Origin: Longimicrobiales bacterium
GTDB lineage: Bacteria > Gemmatimonadota > Gemmatimonadetes > Longimicrobiales > Gaopeijiaceae
Assembly (NCBI GenBank): GCA_965208295.1
Contig: OZ242328.1
Location: forward strand, 1,568,220 to 1,632,219
Length of the DNA stretch: 64,000 nt
Reading direction: 5' to 3'
Both the position numbers and the translations under genes were made by a program. The notes under the pieces were generated by a model. The model ran no database searches. It saw only the letters and a program-made list of their open reading frames with translations, and was not told the DNA's origin. Below, piece after piece: positions 1-10,636 of this stretch (position 1 is its first letter; every line of letters starts with the position of its first letter).

Positions 1-591
1 GTACTGGACCCGGTGGCTCTTCACGTAACCGGTGGCTCCGGCAATGCGCTGACTTCCGCGCAGCGGGCCGTCCACCATCAGCAGCGCATCGTCGCGGGAC
101 GGGCGCGACGCGGAAGGCAGCGCGGTCTCGGCCACCTCGATCTCGAGCTGCCCCATTCGTTCCTGCAGGCCGTTCACCAACTGCTGGATGTCGTCGTCGG
201 CGACCGGGCACGCCGCGAAACTGCCCGCCCGGGTCACGAGAGCGGGGACGCCGGCTCTGCCGAAGAAGCCGCGCCGCACGCTGGCCGACACGATCTCCGC
301 CCTGCGGCCGCACCGGACCACCCCGGCCCCGTAGGACGCGCAGATCCCCAGACTCGGCTCGCCCCCGTGGCTCATCCACACCCTCGCCTCGATCCGGCGC
401 ACACCGTCGACGAAATACACACGGGCGGGTGTCGGGGCGTCGGCTGCCGCGGACAGGGGACGCCACTCTTCCGGCGGAAGCTCCGCGCCCGCGTCCACCT
501 GCGCGGCGGGGACCTCTTCCCTGTCCGATTCGACCGGGGAGCCGAATTCGGGGGACCAGCCTTCGAGGGCCAGCGATTCGACGCGATTCAT
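1..591 (-). CDS. NurA-like 5'-3' nuclease, N-terminal part (gene runs off the left edge)
   Basis: Absent from the ORF track because no stop lies in the window. My minus-strand translation from the ATG at 589-591 gives MNRVESLALEGWSPEFG...ARVYFVDGVRRIEARVW...LLMVDGPLRGSQRIAGATGYVKSHRVQY. The two hydrophobic-DG motifs and the G-Y-V-K-S pattern resemble NurA. It starts 13 nt after the sbcC stop, behind a GGGGGAAG SD-like run. Confidence 0.5.
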   Translation of the reverse strand, partial: MNRVESLALEGWSPEFGSPVESDREEVPAAQVDAGAELPPEEWRPLSAAADAPTPARVYFVDGVRRIEARVWMSHGGEPSLGICASYGAGVVRCGRRAEIVSASVRRGFFGRAGVPALVTRAGSFAACPVADDDIQQLVNGLQERMGQLEIEVAETALPSASRPSRDDALLMVDGPLRGSQRIAGATGYVKSHRVQY

Positions 592-604
592 GGCTTCCCC
601 CACG

Positions 605-3385
605 TCACGTCTCCACACGCTCGACCGAGGAGGAGTTGCCCACCTTAGTCACCCGGTACTGGACCGGAATGCGGGCGGCCAACTCGGGCACGTGCGTCAC
701 GAGGCCCACCATTCGCTCGGTGCCGAGTTGCTCGATGGTGGCGGCCACCACCTCGAGCGTCTCCGAATCGAGGGTGCCGAAACCCTCGTCGAGGAAGAGC
801 GCCTCGAGCTTCGCGCTGCCGCGTGCCGCCAGGTTGGCGACCTGTTCGGCCAGCGACAGCGCGAGGGCCAGCGAGGCGAGGAACGTTTCGCCGCCGGACA
901 GGGTCTTGGCCAGCCGGGGTTCGTCGGCGTTGCGGTGATCGATGACCAGGAACTCGTTGCGATCGGACAGATCGAGCGAATACTGGCCGCTGGACAGCTC
1001 CCGCAGCCGTGCCGTGGCGCCCTCGACGAGCCAGGTCAGGATCTGGTTCTGCATCCAGGCGCCGAACTTCTTCGCGCCGAGATGGCTGCCCAGATCCTTG
1101 GCGATGAGGGCGCGGGCGCGGGTCTCGTCGGCTTCGGTCTGAACGCGTTTGCGCTCGTCGGTGGCGGTGCGGAGGTGGTCGAGGTCCCCGCGGGACGCGC
1201 CGAGCGCTTCCGAGATCTTCCGGGCGGGGTCTTCGTCCGGGTCGAGGGTGAGGCCGTCCGTTGCGCAGCGTTCCCGGACCTGGGCGTCGAGGCGGGTTTT
1301 TTCGCGGGAGGCGGCGGTGCGATCGGCGTCGGCCCGGGCAACGACGGCTCTTGTGGCCACGTGGGTGTTTTCGGCCCACTGCGACAGGGTTTCCCAGGAG
1401 CCGGCCAGGTCCCCCTCGGCGATGTCCGGGGGGCGCATTTCGGCGACCGAATCGCGCGCGGTGTGGTACTCGCTCCAGGCGCCGCCGAGACGGGACTTCC
1501 AGCGTTGCAGCGCCTCTTTGGCCGCGTCGTGCGCCTGTCGGGAGGACTCCTCTTCAGTTCGGGCCTTGAGGACCGCTTCGTCGGCCGAGCGGATTCTGTC
1601 CAGCAGTGTGGTCGTCTCTTCGGGAGACGGGGCGGTGGCCAGTTCGTCGCGCAGGCTCGCGGCGAACTTCTCCTGCTGTTTCAGCGTCGCGGCGGCGTGG
1701 TTGGCGTCGCGTTCCCGTCTGGTTCGCTCGGTGGCCGCGTCGCCCAGGCGCTTTTCGAGAAGGTGGACGCGCGACTCCGTCCTGGCGACCTCGGCCATCG
1801 TGGTCGCGATCTCCGCCTCGGGGGGGGCCTCCGCCAGGGACTGCCGCAGTGACTGCGCGGATTGGGTCTGCAGTTCCAGGGTGGTGGTGCGGGCGGTTCG
1901 GGCCGAGGCGCGGCGGTCGCGTTCCGCGGTGGCTTGTGTGGAGGATTCCCGGGCGGCGTCAGTTCGCTTGCGGGCCGCGTCGAGGTCGGCGGGGGGGGCG
2001 CGGTCGGGTAGGGTGGCGACGGTCTGGAGACAGACGGGGCAGGGTTCGCCTGCGTGGAGGTGATGGGCCATGTCGGCCGCGCTGTGGGCGGTGCGCAGGG
2101 TCTCGAATGCCTGTGTCACGACTTCCAGTTCACGGTCCGCGTCGGTCTTTCGCCGGGTGGCCGCGGTGTGGGCCTGGTCGGCCTCGGCCAGTTCGCGCCG
2201 GGTCCGCTCCAGGTCGCGCTCCAGCTGGCGGAGTTGCTCGTGCTTCCCGGCAATGGCGTCCAGCTCCGACTGTTCGGGAAGTTCCTTCAGACGCAGTCTG
2301 GCCTGTGCGAACTCCTCGCGGATGGACTTTTCGTGTTCGGTGGCCTCCGCGACGATCTCCGTCGCCACATCGAGGTCGCGCCTGGTCCGGGCTATCTCGG
2401 TTTCCCGGCGCGCGAGTTGGTCGCGCTTCTCCACCACCTTGTCGATGGCCGCCTTCTCGGGCAGGTCCTCCCGTGCCGACCGGGCGTCGCGCAAGCGCTG
2501 GGCGGCGGCGGTCCAGACCTCGGTGGACCGCTTGACCTCCTGGTCGGCCGCCTGGTAGCGGGTCGCCAGCTGGGCCGTGCCACCCGGGACCCTGACGCTG
2601 GCTAGACGGTCCAGTTGCGCGGTGGCCTGTGTCCAAAGATCGGCCGCAGCCTGGATTTTCGAGTCGAGAGCTTTCAACTGAACCGCGATTTCGTCGAAGT
2701 TCTCGCGAAGCCGGTCCAGCACCGCGACCCGTCCCTCGGCCGTGCGGACGGCTTCAGGGGTCGCGTGCGCGAGTACCGAGTCCAGCTGCCATTGCAGGTT
2801 GTCGGCCCGGCCCTCCTCGACCTTCCACCGCAGATTGGCCGCCTTGCGCAGCCGCTCATACAGGCCCAGTCCGAGCAGCCGTTCCAGCAACTGCTTGCGC
2901 TCGGCGGGTTTCGCGCGCAGGAAGGCGGCGAATTCGCCCTGCGGCAGCACCACGCATTTCGTGAAGTGGTCGAGGCCGAGCCCGATCACGTCGTTCTGGA
3001 CACGCGCCGACAGGTCCGATTCGGTGGCGGCCAACGTCTTGACGGGCTTCCCGTCGGCCAGTTCCTCGAGTCGGGCTTCCCGGGTGGTGGCGCCGGTCGC
3101 GGTGCGGTGCACGACGCGGACCGCGGTGTAGCGCTTGCCCCGCGCCTCGAAGTCGAGCCTTACCCGGGCGCGGACCTTCCCCTGGCTGATGACGGGCGCA
3201 ATCAGGCTGGCGTGCTCGTAGCGGGGAACCGACCCGTAGAGCGCGAAGATGATCGCGTCGATCAGGCTGGACTTCCCGGAACCGGTTGCGCCGGTGAAGA
3301 CGAGGAGGTCGGTGTCGGCGAAGTCCACGACCGTGGGCTCGCGGTAGGAGGTGAAGCCTTCCAGCTCAAGCCGAAGGGGACGCAT
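605..3385 (-). CDS. sbcC: SbcC/Rad50-family double-strand-break repair ATPase
   Basis: Start MRPLRLELEGFTSYREP with Walker A GATGSGKSS. Long coiled-coil region with a CPVC zinc hook (GEPCPVCLQTV). C-terminal LSGGETF signature and FLDEGFGTLD D-loop. I prefer the ATG at 3385 over the track start at 3472, which lies inside sbcD. Confidence 0.9.
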   Translation of the reverse strand: MRPLRLELEGFTSYREPTVVDFADTDLLVFTGATGSGKSSLIDAIIFALYGSVPRYEHASLIAPVISQGKVRARVRLDFEARGKRYTAVRVVHRTATGATTREARLEELADGKPVKTLAATESDLSARVQNDVIGLGLDHFTKCVVLPQGEFAAFLRAKPAERKQLLERLLGLGLYERLRKAANLRWKVEEGRADNLQWQLDSVLAHATPEAVRTAEGRVAVLDRLRENFDEIAVQLKALDSKIQAAADLWTQATAQLDRLASVRVPGGTAQLATRYQAADQEVKRSTEVWTAAAQRLRDARSAREDLPEKAAIDKVVEKRDQLARRETEIARTRRDLDVATEIVAEATEHEKSIREEFAQARLRLKELPEQSELDAIAGKHEQLRQLERDLERTRRELAEADQAHTAATRRKTDADRELEVVTQAFETLRTAHSAADMAHHLHAGEPCPVCLQTVATLPDRAPPADLDAARKRTDAARESSTQATAERDRRASARTARTTTLELQTQSAQSLRQSLAEAPPEAEIATTMAEVARTESRVHLLEKRLGDAATERTRRERDANHAAATLKQQEKFAASLRDELATAPSPEETTTLLDRIRSADEAVLKARTEEESSRQAHDAAKEALQRWKSRLGGAWSEYHTARDSVAEMRPPDIAEGDLAGSWETLSQWAENTHVATRAVVARADADRTAASREKTRLDAQVRERCATDGLTLDPDEDPARKISEALGASRGDLDHLRTATDERKRVQTEADETRARALIAKDLGSHLGAKKFGAWMQNQILTWLVEGATARLRELSSGQYSLDLSDRNEFLVIDHRNADEPRLAKTLSGGETFLASLALALSLAEQVANLAARGSAKLEALFLDEGFGTLDSETLEVVAATIEQLGTERMVGLVTHVPELAARIPVQYRVTKVGNSSSVERVET

Positions 3386-4523
3386 ACTCCTCCTCCAGCA
3401 ATTCGGCGAAGAGCTTCGACAGCTCGTCGCCCTCGATGCCGCGTTCCTTGAGATAGCGCTTGAACTGGGCACGCGGGTCGCGCAGTTCGCCCGGGTCGAC
3501 CGCCTTTCGCTCGGTGGCGGTCTTTCCCGGGGGGGCGACGATCACGTCCACCGCGTGGGGGAACATGTCCCGCACCCGCTCCGCCAGACCCGGTGTGGGC
3601 GCCTCTTCGACGAACACGCGCAGGAAATCGTCGCCGGAGGTGCCGGCCAGCTGCTCCAGTTGAAGGCTGCCGCCGCGGATAGTGGTGAGCGCCCGCCCCG
3701 ATTTCAGGGGGATCTGCTCGACGTGCGCCGGCTTTCCCGCCTCCGCCTCGATGAGCGTGACGCTGTGCTCGCCGTGGGTCTCCCCGAAGTCGAGGGCGAA
3801 GGGCGACCCGGCGTACCGGATGGGACAGCGTCCGGGGATCCGCTGGGGTCGGTGGATGTGCCCGAGAGCGACGTAGTGGGCTTCCACGGGAAAGATGTCG
3901 GCGGGGACGTAGTAGTCGAAGATGTGGGCCGTCCGTTCGCCGCCCCCGGCCATGGCACCCACGACGGTCAGGTGGCCCACGACCAGGTTGACGGTGTCGG
4001 CCGCGAAGCCGGCGCACAGGGCGCCCGCGATCGCGCGGCAGCGGTCGGCGTACTCCTTCTGGTGGTCGTCGGGGTCCCCGGTCATGAGGGCTTCGGCCTT
4101 GACGATTCCGCGCTTCGACTGGAAGGGGAAGAGGGCGATGCAGGCGGTCTCGCCGGATCGGGTGGCAAGGCGGACGACGCCGCCCTTGCCGGGCGCCGCG
4201 ACGGAGGAGGCCGCGGTGATGTCGGCCAGCTCGAGCAGGGGGCGGACCGCGGTCAGGCGGCGGGGGTTGTCGTGATTGCCGGCGATGACAACGACCTGCG
4301 CGCCTGTGCGGGCCAGGCGCAGCAGCGCGTCGTAGACGATGCGCTCGGACTCGGGGGATGGGACGGCGCGGTCGAACTGGTCGCCGGCGACGAGGACGAG
4401 ATCGACCGCGTGGTCCTGGGCGATCTGAACGATTTCGTCGAGGACTGCGCTGTGCTCGTCGGCACGGCTGTGGCCGCGCAGGGTCCTGCCGACGTGCCAG
4501 TCGGCGGTGTGGAGGATCTTCAC
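3366..4523 (-). CDS. sbcD: SbcD/Mre11-family nuclease
   Basis: MKILHTADWHVGR...VLVAGDQFD...VVVIAGNHDN...ALGHIH calcineurin-type phosphoesterase motifs typical of bacterial SbcD. It overlaps the sbcC start by 20 nt. Confidence 0.92.
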   Translation of the reverse strand: MKILHTADWHVGRTLRGHSRADEHSAVLDEIVQIAQDHAVDLVLVAGDQFDRAVPSPESERIVYDALLRLARTGAQVVVIAGNHDNPRRLTAVRPLLELADITAASSVAAPGKGGVVRLATRSGETACIALFPFQSKRGIVKAEALMTGDPDDHQKEYADRCRAIAGALCAGFAADTVNLVVGHLTVVGAMAGGGERTAHIFDYYVPADIFPVEAHYVALGHIHRPQRIPGRCPIRYAGSPFALDFGETHGEHSVTLIEAEAGKPAHVEQIPLKSGRALTTIRGGSLQLEQLAGTSGDDFLRVFVEEAPTPGLAERVRDMFPHAVDVIVAPPGKTATERKAVDPGELRDPRAQFKRYLKERGIEGDELSKLFAELLEEEYASPSA

Positions 4524-4580
4524 GATGGGGGGTGGGGGGGGCTTGCGAGGGTGGCCCCCGGGGGCGTCCGCTCGAGAAGC

Positions 4581-4619
4581 TGTAAACTAAAGTTTACATA
4601 TTGTAAATCAAACATTACA
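4581..4619. promoter_or_regulatory. Tandem dyad motif (TGTAAACT-AA-AGTTTACA, then TGTAA-N8-TTACA 21 bp downstream) in the herA-sbcD spacer
   Basis: An AT-rich island in a GC-rich genome. It has a perfect 8-bp-arm palindrome at 4581-4598 and a 5-bp-arm palindrome at 4602-4619. The same architecture recurs at 39601-39639. Confidence 0.4.
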
Positions 4620-4652
4620 TTTCGGATCATAGCGTGCGGCGATCCGGGTGTC

Positions 4653-6353
<1,701 letters not shown>

Positions 6354-6438
6354 GACCGGCTCTCAACATAAACCACCGGCCCCGAACCGGCACGAGGCCG
6401 ACCCGGGGCCGGGGTTGCGGTTGGCCGTCAGAGGCTGT

Positions 6439-9324
6439 CTACCAGGAGTACGTAATCCTGCTGTAGTAGAACGCGCCGTTGAAGCCGAACGGCGTGAACT
6501 GGCCAAACCGGTTGCCGACACCGGCCGCCGCGCCGGGATACTCCTCCGGGTAGGTGTTGAGCACGTTCTGCGCACCCAGGGTGAGGGTCCAGCTGTCCGC
6601 GAAGGTGTGCGCCGCTTCCATGTCAAAGAGCGTACGGGCCGGGTAGTCGATGGTCTCCTGCTGCGGGTCCGCAGGGTCGTAGTACGGCTGCTCACCGTCG
6701 AAGTAGCCGCCCCAATAGCTGCCTCGAACCAGGAAGCGGGTGCCGGCCGGGAGGACATGGTTGAGCGCGATGTTGCCGCGCACGTTGGGCAGTCCTTCCT
6801 CGAGGATCCGAATGCGGTGCTTGGTGAGGGTGGCCGCGTCGAAATCCGTCACCTCGGTCGTGGTCCAGTTCCAGGCACTGCTGATGGTCGTGGTTGAACC
6901 GCCGGCACCCTGGATGTCGTAAGCACCCACCAGGTCGATTCCCGTCGTGGTTGTCGCGAAGTCGTTGATGAAGAAGCGGAACCGTGCGAGCACGCCACCC
7001 GGCCGGATAATGCCCTCGGCGATCAGCTGGTCGATCTCTTCCGGGCTGAGCTGCCTGTCGGCGCTGGTCGTCAGGCGGTCCGACACCCTGATCTGGAAGA
7101 AATCCATGGAGAGATTGAACGGGCCACTGTTGTAAACGGTCCCCAACGCGAGGTTGAAGGACTTTTCGGGCGTAAGCGCATCGCCACCGAATCTCGCCGC
7201 CAACGGCGATGTCGAAGGGATCGTTCCGTTGTTCGTCAGATCCATGATCGCGGGATCGTAGATCGTGGAGATGTTGAAGGCATTCTGCTGCCCAGGCGTG
7301 GGCGCGCGGAAGCCGGTGCTGGCGCTGGCTCGCAGTGCCATTTGCTCCGACACGCTGACGCGGGCTGCAAACTTGCCGTTCAAGGTGGTACCAAAGTCGG
7401 AGAACTGCTCGACGCGACCCGCCACATCCAGCAGCCACGCGCCGTCGGGATCGCTGAACTCGACATCAACATAGCCCGCGAAGTTATTTCGATCCCAGAC
7501 CCCCTCCGTCAGCGGCCCGAAGCCGGTGAAGCCATTGGAACCCGGGGTAAAGCCCTGGGTGGCGAGCGAACCCTCCGTCCACGACGGCCTGTCCCCCGGG
7601 ACGATCTCGAAGCTCTCGTTTCGCCACTCGGCGCCGCCCGCGACGTTGACCATTTCGCTGTAGGCGTAAGAAAGGTCGAAGTTGAAGTTCGTCTCCTGCT
7701 GGTCGTAGATGCCCGGATGGAACCACGGGGTGCAGGACTGATCCGGCACGACGAAGGAAATCTCCCTATCGCTTCCGGCGCACGGCTGGTCCGGCCCCAG
7801 CGATGCGTTGACCGTGTTGTACATGTAGAAGTCCATGTTGGACTTGCCCCAGCTGGCGCTCGCGTCCCAGCGCAGGTCGCCGCTGGTGCCCTCAAGCCCC
7901 GCCACCGCGGACGCGTCAAAGACGTACGCGCCGAACTGCGGGGTGAACCCACCGGGGAAGAGCTTCCGGAAGTTGAAGCAGTTGGGATCGCTCATGATCT
8001 GGGCGAACGCCGCCTGGTCGAGCACCACACCGTTGTCGTCGACCCGGACTTCGGGGCAGCCTGCCGATCCGTCCAGCACGCCGTCCGCCGCGTCGAGCAT
8101 GTCGCCCACCAGGAGGATCCGGTCGCCGTCGGCGTTCCTCGTTCCGAAGACGCCGCTGCGGGTGCCCGGATTACGGAAGTAGAACCCGCCCTCGACCTGC
8201 TTGCTCACGTAGTTCCCGTGGGAGTAGAACGACATGTTGTCGAACACGTAGCCCATATTCGCCCACAGCTTGGTCTCGTTCGAGACCTGGGGCGAACCCC
8301 AGACCTGCGCGGGCGCCCGGACGCTCGTGTTGCCGGCCGCGATCAGTGCGAGCGCGTCGAGGCGCTGCGTGCTGCGGTCCGTGGGGTAGGCGTTGCCGTA
8401 CTCGCCTGTCAGGTTCAGGTAGCCGGTCGATCCGAGCGGCAGACCCACGTTGCCCGACAGGGTGTACATCTCGCCGTCACCGGGGAAAGTCCCCTCCTCG
8501 AAGCGCTCGCTGGTCTGGCCGAAGAAGTTGCCGCCGGTCTTCACCTCGATCGAGCCGCCGGAGCGGTCGTTCTTCAGCACGAAGTTCATGACGCCTGCGA
8601 TCGCGTCGGAGCCGTACTGGGCGGACGCGCCGTCGCGCAGCACCTCGGCCTGCTCGAGAGCCAGCCCGGGAATGAGCGCGATGTCGGGGCCCTGGGAGCC
8701 GTCGGCCAACCCGTTGCCGTACCAGGTGATGACCGCGGTGCGGTGGCGCCGCTTCCCATTGACGAGCACCAAGGTGTGGTCGGGCGCGAGCCCGCGCAGG
8801 TTGGCGGGACGCGCGAAGGTGGCCGCGTCACTGATTGGCTGCGTGTTGACGTTGAACGACGGCACCACGTTGCGGATCAGGTTGGCGAAGTCGGTGTCCC
8901 CCTGGTTGACGAACTCCCTGGTCTGGATCACGTCGACCGGCACCGGCGATTCGGTCACCGTTCTGGGCTCCGCACGGCTGCCCACGGCGACCAGTCCGCC
9001 AAGTTCGATCGCCATCTCGTTCAGCGCGACGTCCAGCCGGGCCGTGCCGCCCTCGGTGATGGTGACTTCCCGGCGTGCGAGCTGGTACCCGATCAGCCGG
9101 ACCACCACCTCGTGGGTTCCGGCCGGAATGCCGGTGATTTCGTAGGCGCCGCCAGCCATGGTATTGGCGCCCATGTTGAGGTCCGCCACCGAGACCGAGG
9201 CCCCTTCCAGGGCCGCCCCCGTGGCAGCATTCGTGATGGTGCCCCGCAGCGTACCCTGAGCCGCGGCGAGACCGGGCTGGGCAAACGTGATCAGCGCTCC
9301 GATCAGAATCAATTTCGATTTCAT
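6439..9324 (-). CDS. TonB-dependent receptor with N-terminal carboxypeptidase-regulatory-like domain
   Basis: Signal peptide MKSKLILIGALITFAQPGLAAAQG. CarboxypepD_reg-like GTITNAATGAALEGASVSV...YEITGIPAGTHEVVV. Plug motifs (DVIQTREF, RGLAPDHTLVLVNGKR). Terminal beta-barrel ending ...RITYSW. Confidence 0.9.
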   Translation of the reverse strand: MKSKLILIGALITFAQPGLAAAQGTLRGTITNAATGAALEGASVSVADLNMGANTMAGGAYEITGIPAGTHEVVVRLIGYQLARREVTITEGGTARLDVALNEMAIELGGLVAVGSRAEPRTVTESPVPVDVIQTREFVNQGDTDFANLIRNVVPSFNVNTQPISDAATFARPANLRGLAPDHTLVLVNGKRRHRTAVITWYGNGLADGSQGPDIALIPGLALEQAEVLRDGASAQYGSDAIAGVMNFVLKNDRSGGSIEVKTGGNFFGQTSERFEEGTFPGDGEMYTLSGNVGLPLGSTGYLNLTGEYGNAYPTDRSTQRLDALALIAAGNTSVRAPAQVWGSPQVSNETKLWANMGYVFDNMSFYSHGNYVSKQVEGGFYFRNPGTRSGVFGTRNADGDRILLVGDMLDAADGVLDGSAGCPEVRVDDNGVVLDQAAFAQIMSDPNCFNFRKLFPGGFTPQFGAYVFDASAVAGLEGTSGDLRWDASASWGKSNMDFYMYNTVNASLGPDQPCAGSDREISFVVPDQSCTPWFHPGIYDQQETNFNFDLSYAYSEMVNVAGGAEWRNESFEIVPGDRPSWTEGSLATQGFTPGSNGFTGFGPLTEGVWDRNNFAGYVDVEFSDPDGAWLLDVAGRVEQFSDFGTTLNGKFAARVSVSEQMALRASASTGFRAPTPGQQNAFNISTIYDPAIMDLTNNGTIPSTSPLAARFGGDALTPEKSFNLALGTVYNSGPFNLSMDFFQIRVSDRLTTSADRQLSPEEIDQLIAEGIIRPGGVLARFRFFINDFATTTTGIDLVGAYDIQGAGGSTTTISSAWNWTTTEVTDFDAATLTKHRIRILEEGLPNVRGNIALNHVLPAGTRFLVRGSYWGGYFDGEQPYYDPADPQQETIDYPARTLFDMEAAHTFADSWTLTLGAQNVLNTYPEEYPGAAAGVGNRFGQFTPFGFNGAFYYSRITYSW

Positions 9325-9327
9325 TGG

Positions 9328-10467
9328 CTAGATCCATCCCTTTCCGCGAAAATCGCGCAGTGTGTCACAAAATCGGCCCATGTCCTCCGGGAGACCGAAG
9401 GAGAGCCGGTTCCAGTCCAGCATGGGCGGGAAGTCCCGCCCGACAACAAATCCCGCCTCGGCCATTCGGCCGCGGTAGGTGGCGAGGTCGCCGTTGATTC
9501 GGTGCATGAGAAAGTTCGCCTGAGTGGGCATGCGTTCCAACCCCAGTTCGTCCAGCGTGGCCTCGACCATCTGCCGCGACTCGCGGTTGACCGCGCGGCT
9601 CTTCTCCATCAGGCCCTGGTCGCGGAAGGACGCGCCGGCCGCGGCGATCGCGAGCTGGTTGATGTTGTTCCGCGACGCGAAGTCGGACAGGCGCGCCGCC
9701 GTGTCAGGGTGGGCGATCCCGTACCCGATCCGAAGTCCCGCCAGACCGTAGATCTTCGAAAACGTCCTGACCACGAGAACGTTCCGCTTCCTCGCGATCC
9801 ACGGGAGCGAACTCCACATGCGTTCGTCTTCGACGTATTCGATGTACGCCTCGTCCGAGAGAAAGAAGACGTGATCCGGCGCGTCGGCGATCCAGGCGTC
9901 GATCGCCGCACTCGACGTGATGGTCGCGGTCGGGTTGTTGGGGTTGCAGAGGTAGACCAGCGCTGGGTGGCCTGAACTCTCGGCGGCCTCGCGCATGCGA
10001 TCCAGATCGTGCTCGTACCCGGGAGTCAGCGGCACCCTCACGAGTTCATACGCTTCGGTGCGCTGGTAGTTGGTCACGGCCTCGTAGGTCGGTTCCGCCA
10101 TGACCAGCTTCGCACGCGGCGCGGCGTACGCCTGGACGGCCATCTGCAGCACCTCCGCCGACCCCGTTCCCAGCACCACCTGGTCCTCGCCCACCTCGTG
10201 CGCCGCCGCCAGCCTGGCCACGAGGGCCCGGTGCTGGTCCGCCGGGTAGCGGTTCGAGAGCACGATGGCCTCGACCAGCGCGTCCTTCGCCGCCGGCGAG
10301 ATTCCGAGCGGGTTCTCGTTGGAGCTGAGGCGCACGCGACCATCGGCAGCACCGCGCCCGGGGCCGCCGACAATTGCAGCCAGGGGGTCCCCAAGTCCCC
10401 CAATTCCGCCCGCCCCCGCCACAAGTCCCCCGAGCGTGCCCGCCCTTATGAAGTCACGTCTTCGCAT
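9328..10467 (-). CDS. Class I/II (HisC-like) PLP aminotransferase with twin-arginine signal
   Basis: MRRRDFIRAGTLGGLVAGAGG is a Tat motif. LSSNENPLG, the TFSKIYGLAGLRIGYG PLP-lysine region and NPNNPT are also present. I prefer the ATG at 10467 over the track start at 10503. The gene ends 4 nt before the TonB receptor start. Confidence 0.8.
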   Translation of the reverse strand: MRRRDFIRAGTLGGLVAGAGGIGGLGDPLAAIVGGPGRGAADGRVRLSSNENPLGISPAAKDALVEAIVLSNRYPADQHRALVARLAAAHEVGEDQVVLGTGSAEVLQMAVQAYAAPRAKLVMAEPTYEAVTNYQRTEAYELVRVPLTPGYEHDLDRMREAAESSGHPALVYLCNPNNPTATITSSAAIDAWIADAPDHVFFLSDEAYIEYVEDERMWSSLPWIARKRNVLVVRTFSKIYGLAGLRIGYGIAHPDTAARLSDFASRNNINQLAIAAAGASFRDQGLMEKSRAVNRESRQMVEATLDELGLERMPTQANFLMHRINGDLATYRGRMAEAGFVVGRDFPPMLDWNRLSFGLPEDMGRFCDTLRDFRGKGWI

Positions 10468-10636
10468 CTGCAAGCCTTCTCGCACTTTACTGGCCTCGTG
10501 CATGGGCGAATCGATGATCCGTGACTACCCATCTATCGTAACGCAATAGGCCGCCGGTGATTACCCCGGCAGCCCCCATTAGCACCACATTGCTACACCA
10601 AGATGGCCATTCGGGGCCGACATGGCCACTGTTTTC

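Noticed and set aside
13-1852. Plus-strand ORFs 13-648, 429-938 and 590-1852.
   Set aside because: They are antisense to the nurA-like gene and sbcC, have low-complexity composition and no motifs.
4581-4619. Double palindrome considered as an SOS (LexA) box, Deinococcus-type RDRM, parS or dif site, given its position upstream of sbcDC.
   Set aside because: It does not match the consensus sequences I know: CTGT-N8-ACAG, GAAC-N4-GTTC, TTAC-N3-GTAA, TGTTNCACGTGAAACA, or the XerCD 11-6-11 layout. The second copy lies between convergent genes unrelated to DNA repair.
7342-9975. 877-aa plus-strand ORF opposite the TonB-dependent receptor and aminotransferase.
   Set aside because: Same reasoning. 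The opposite strand encodes clear TBDR plug, barrel and PLP motifs, whereas this frame is Arg/Val/Gly-rich nonsense crossing a gene boundary.
10468-10636. Possible riboswitch (cobalamin or TPP) upstream of the aminotransferase-TonB receptor operon.
   Set aside because: The only B12-box-like string (GCCACTG) is on the wrong strand for this operon. I saw no TPP or other riboswitch core motifs. It remains untested without a covariance-model scan.
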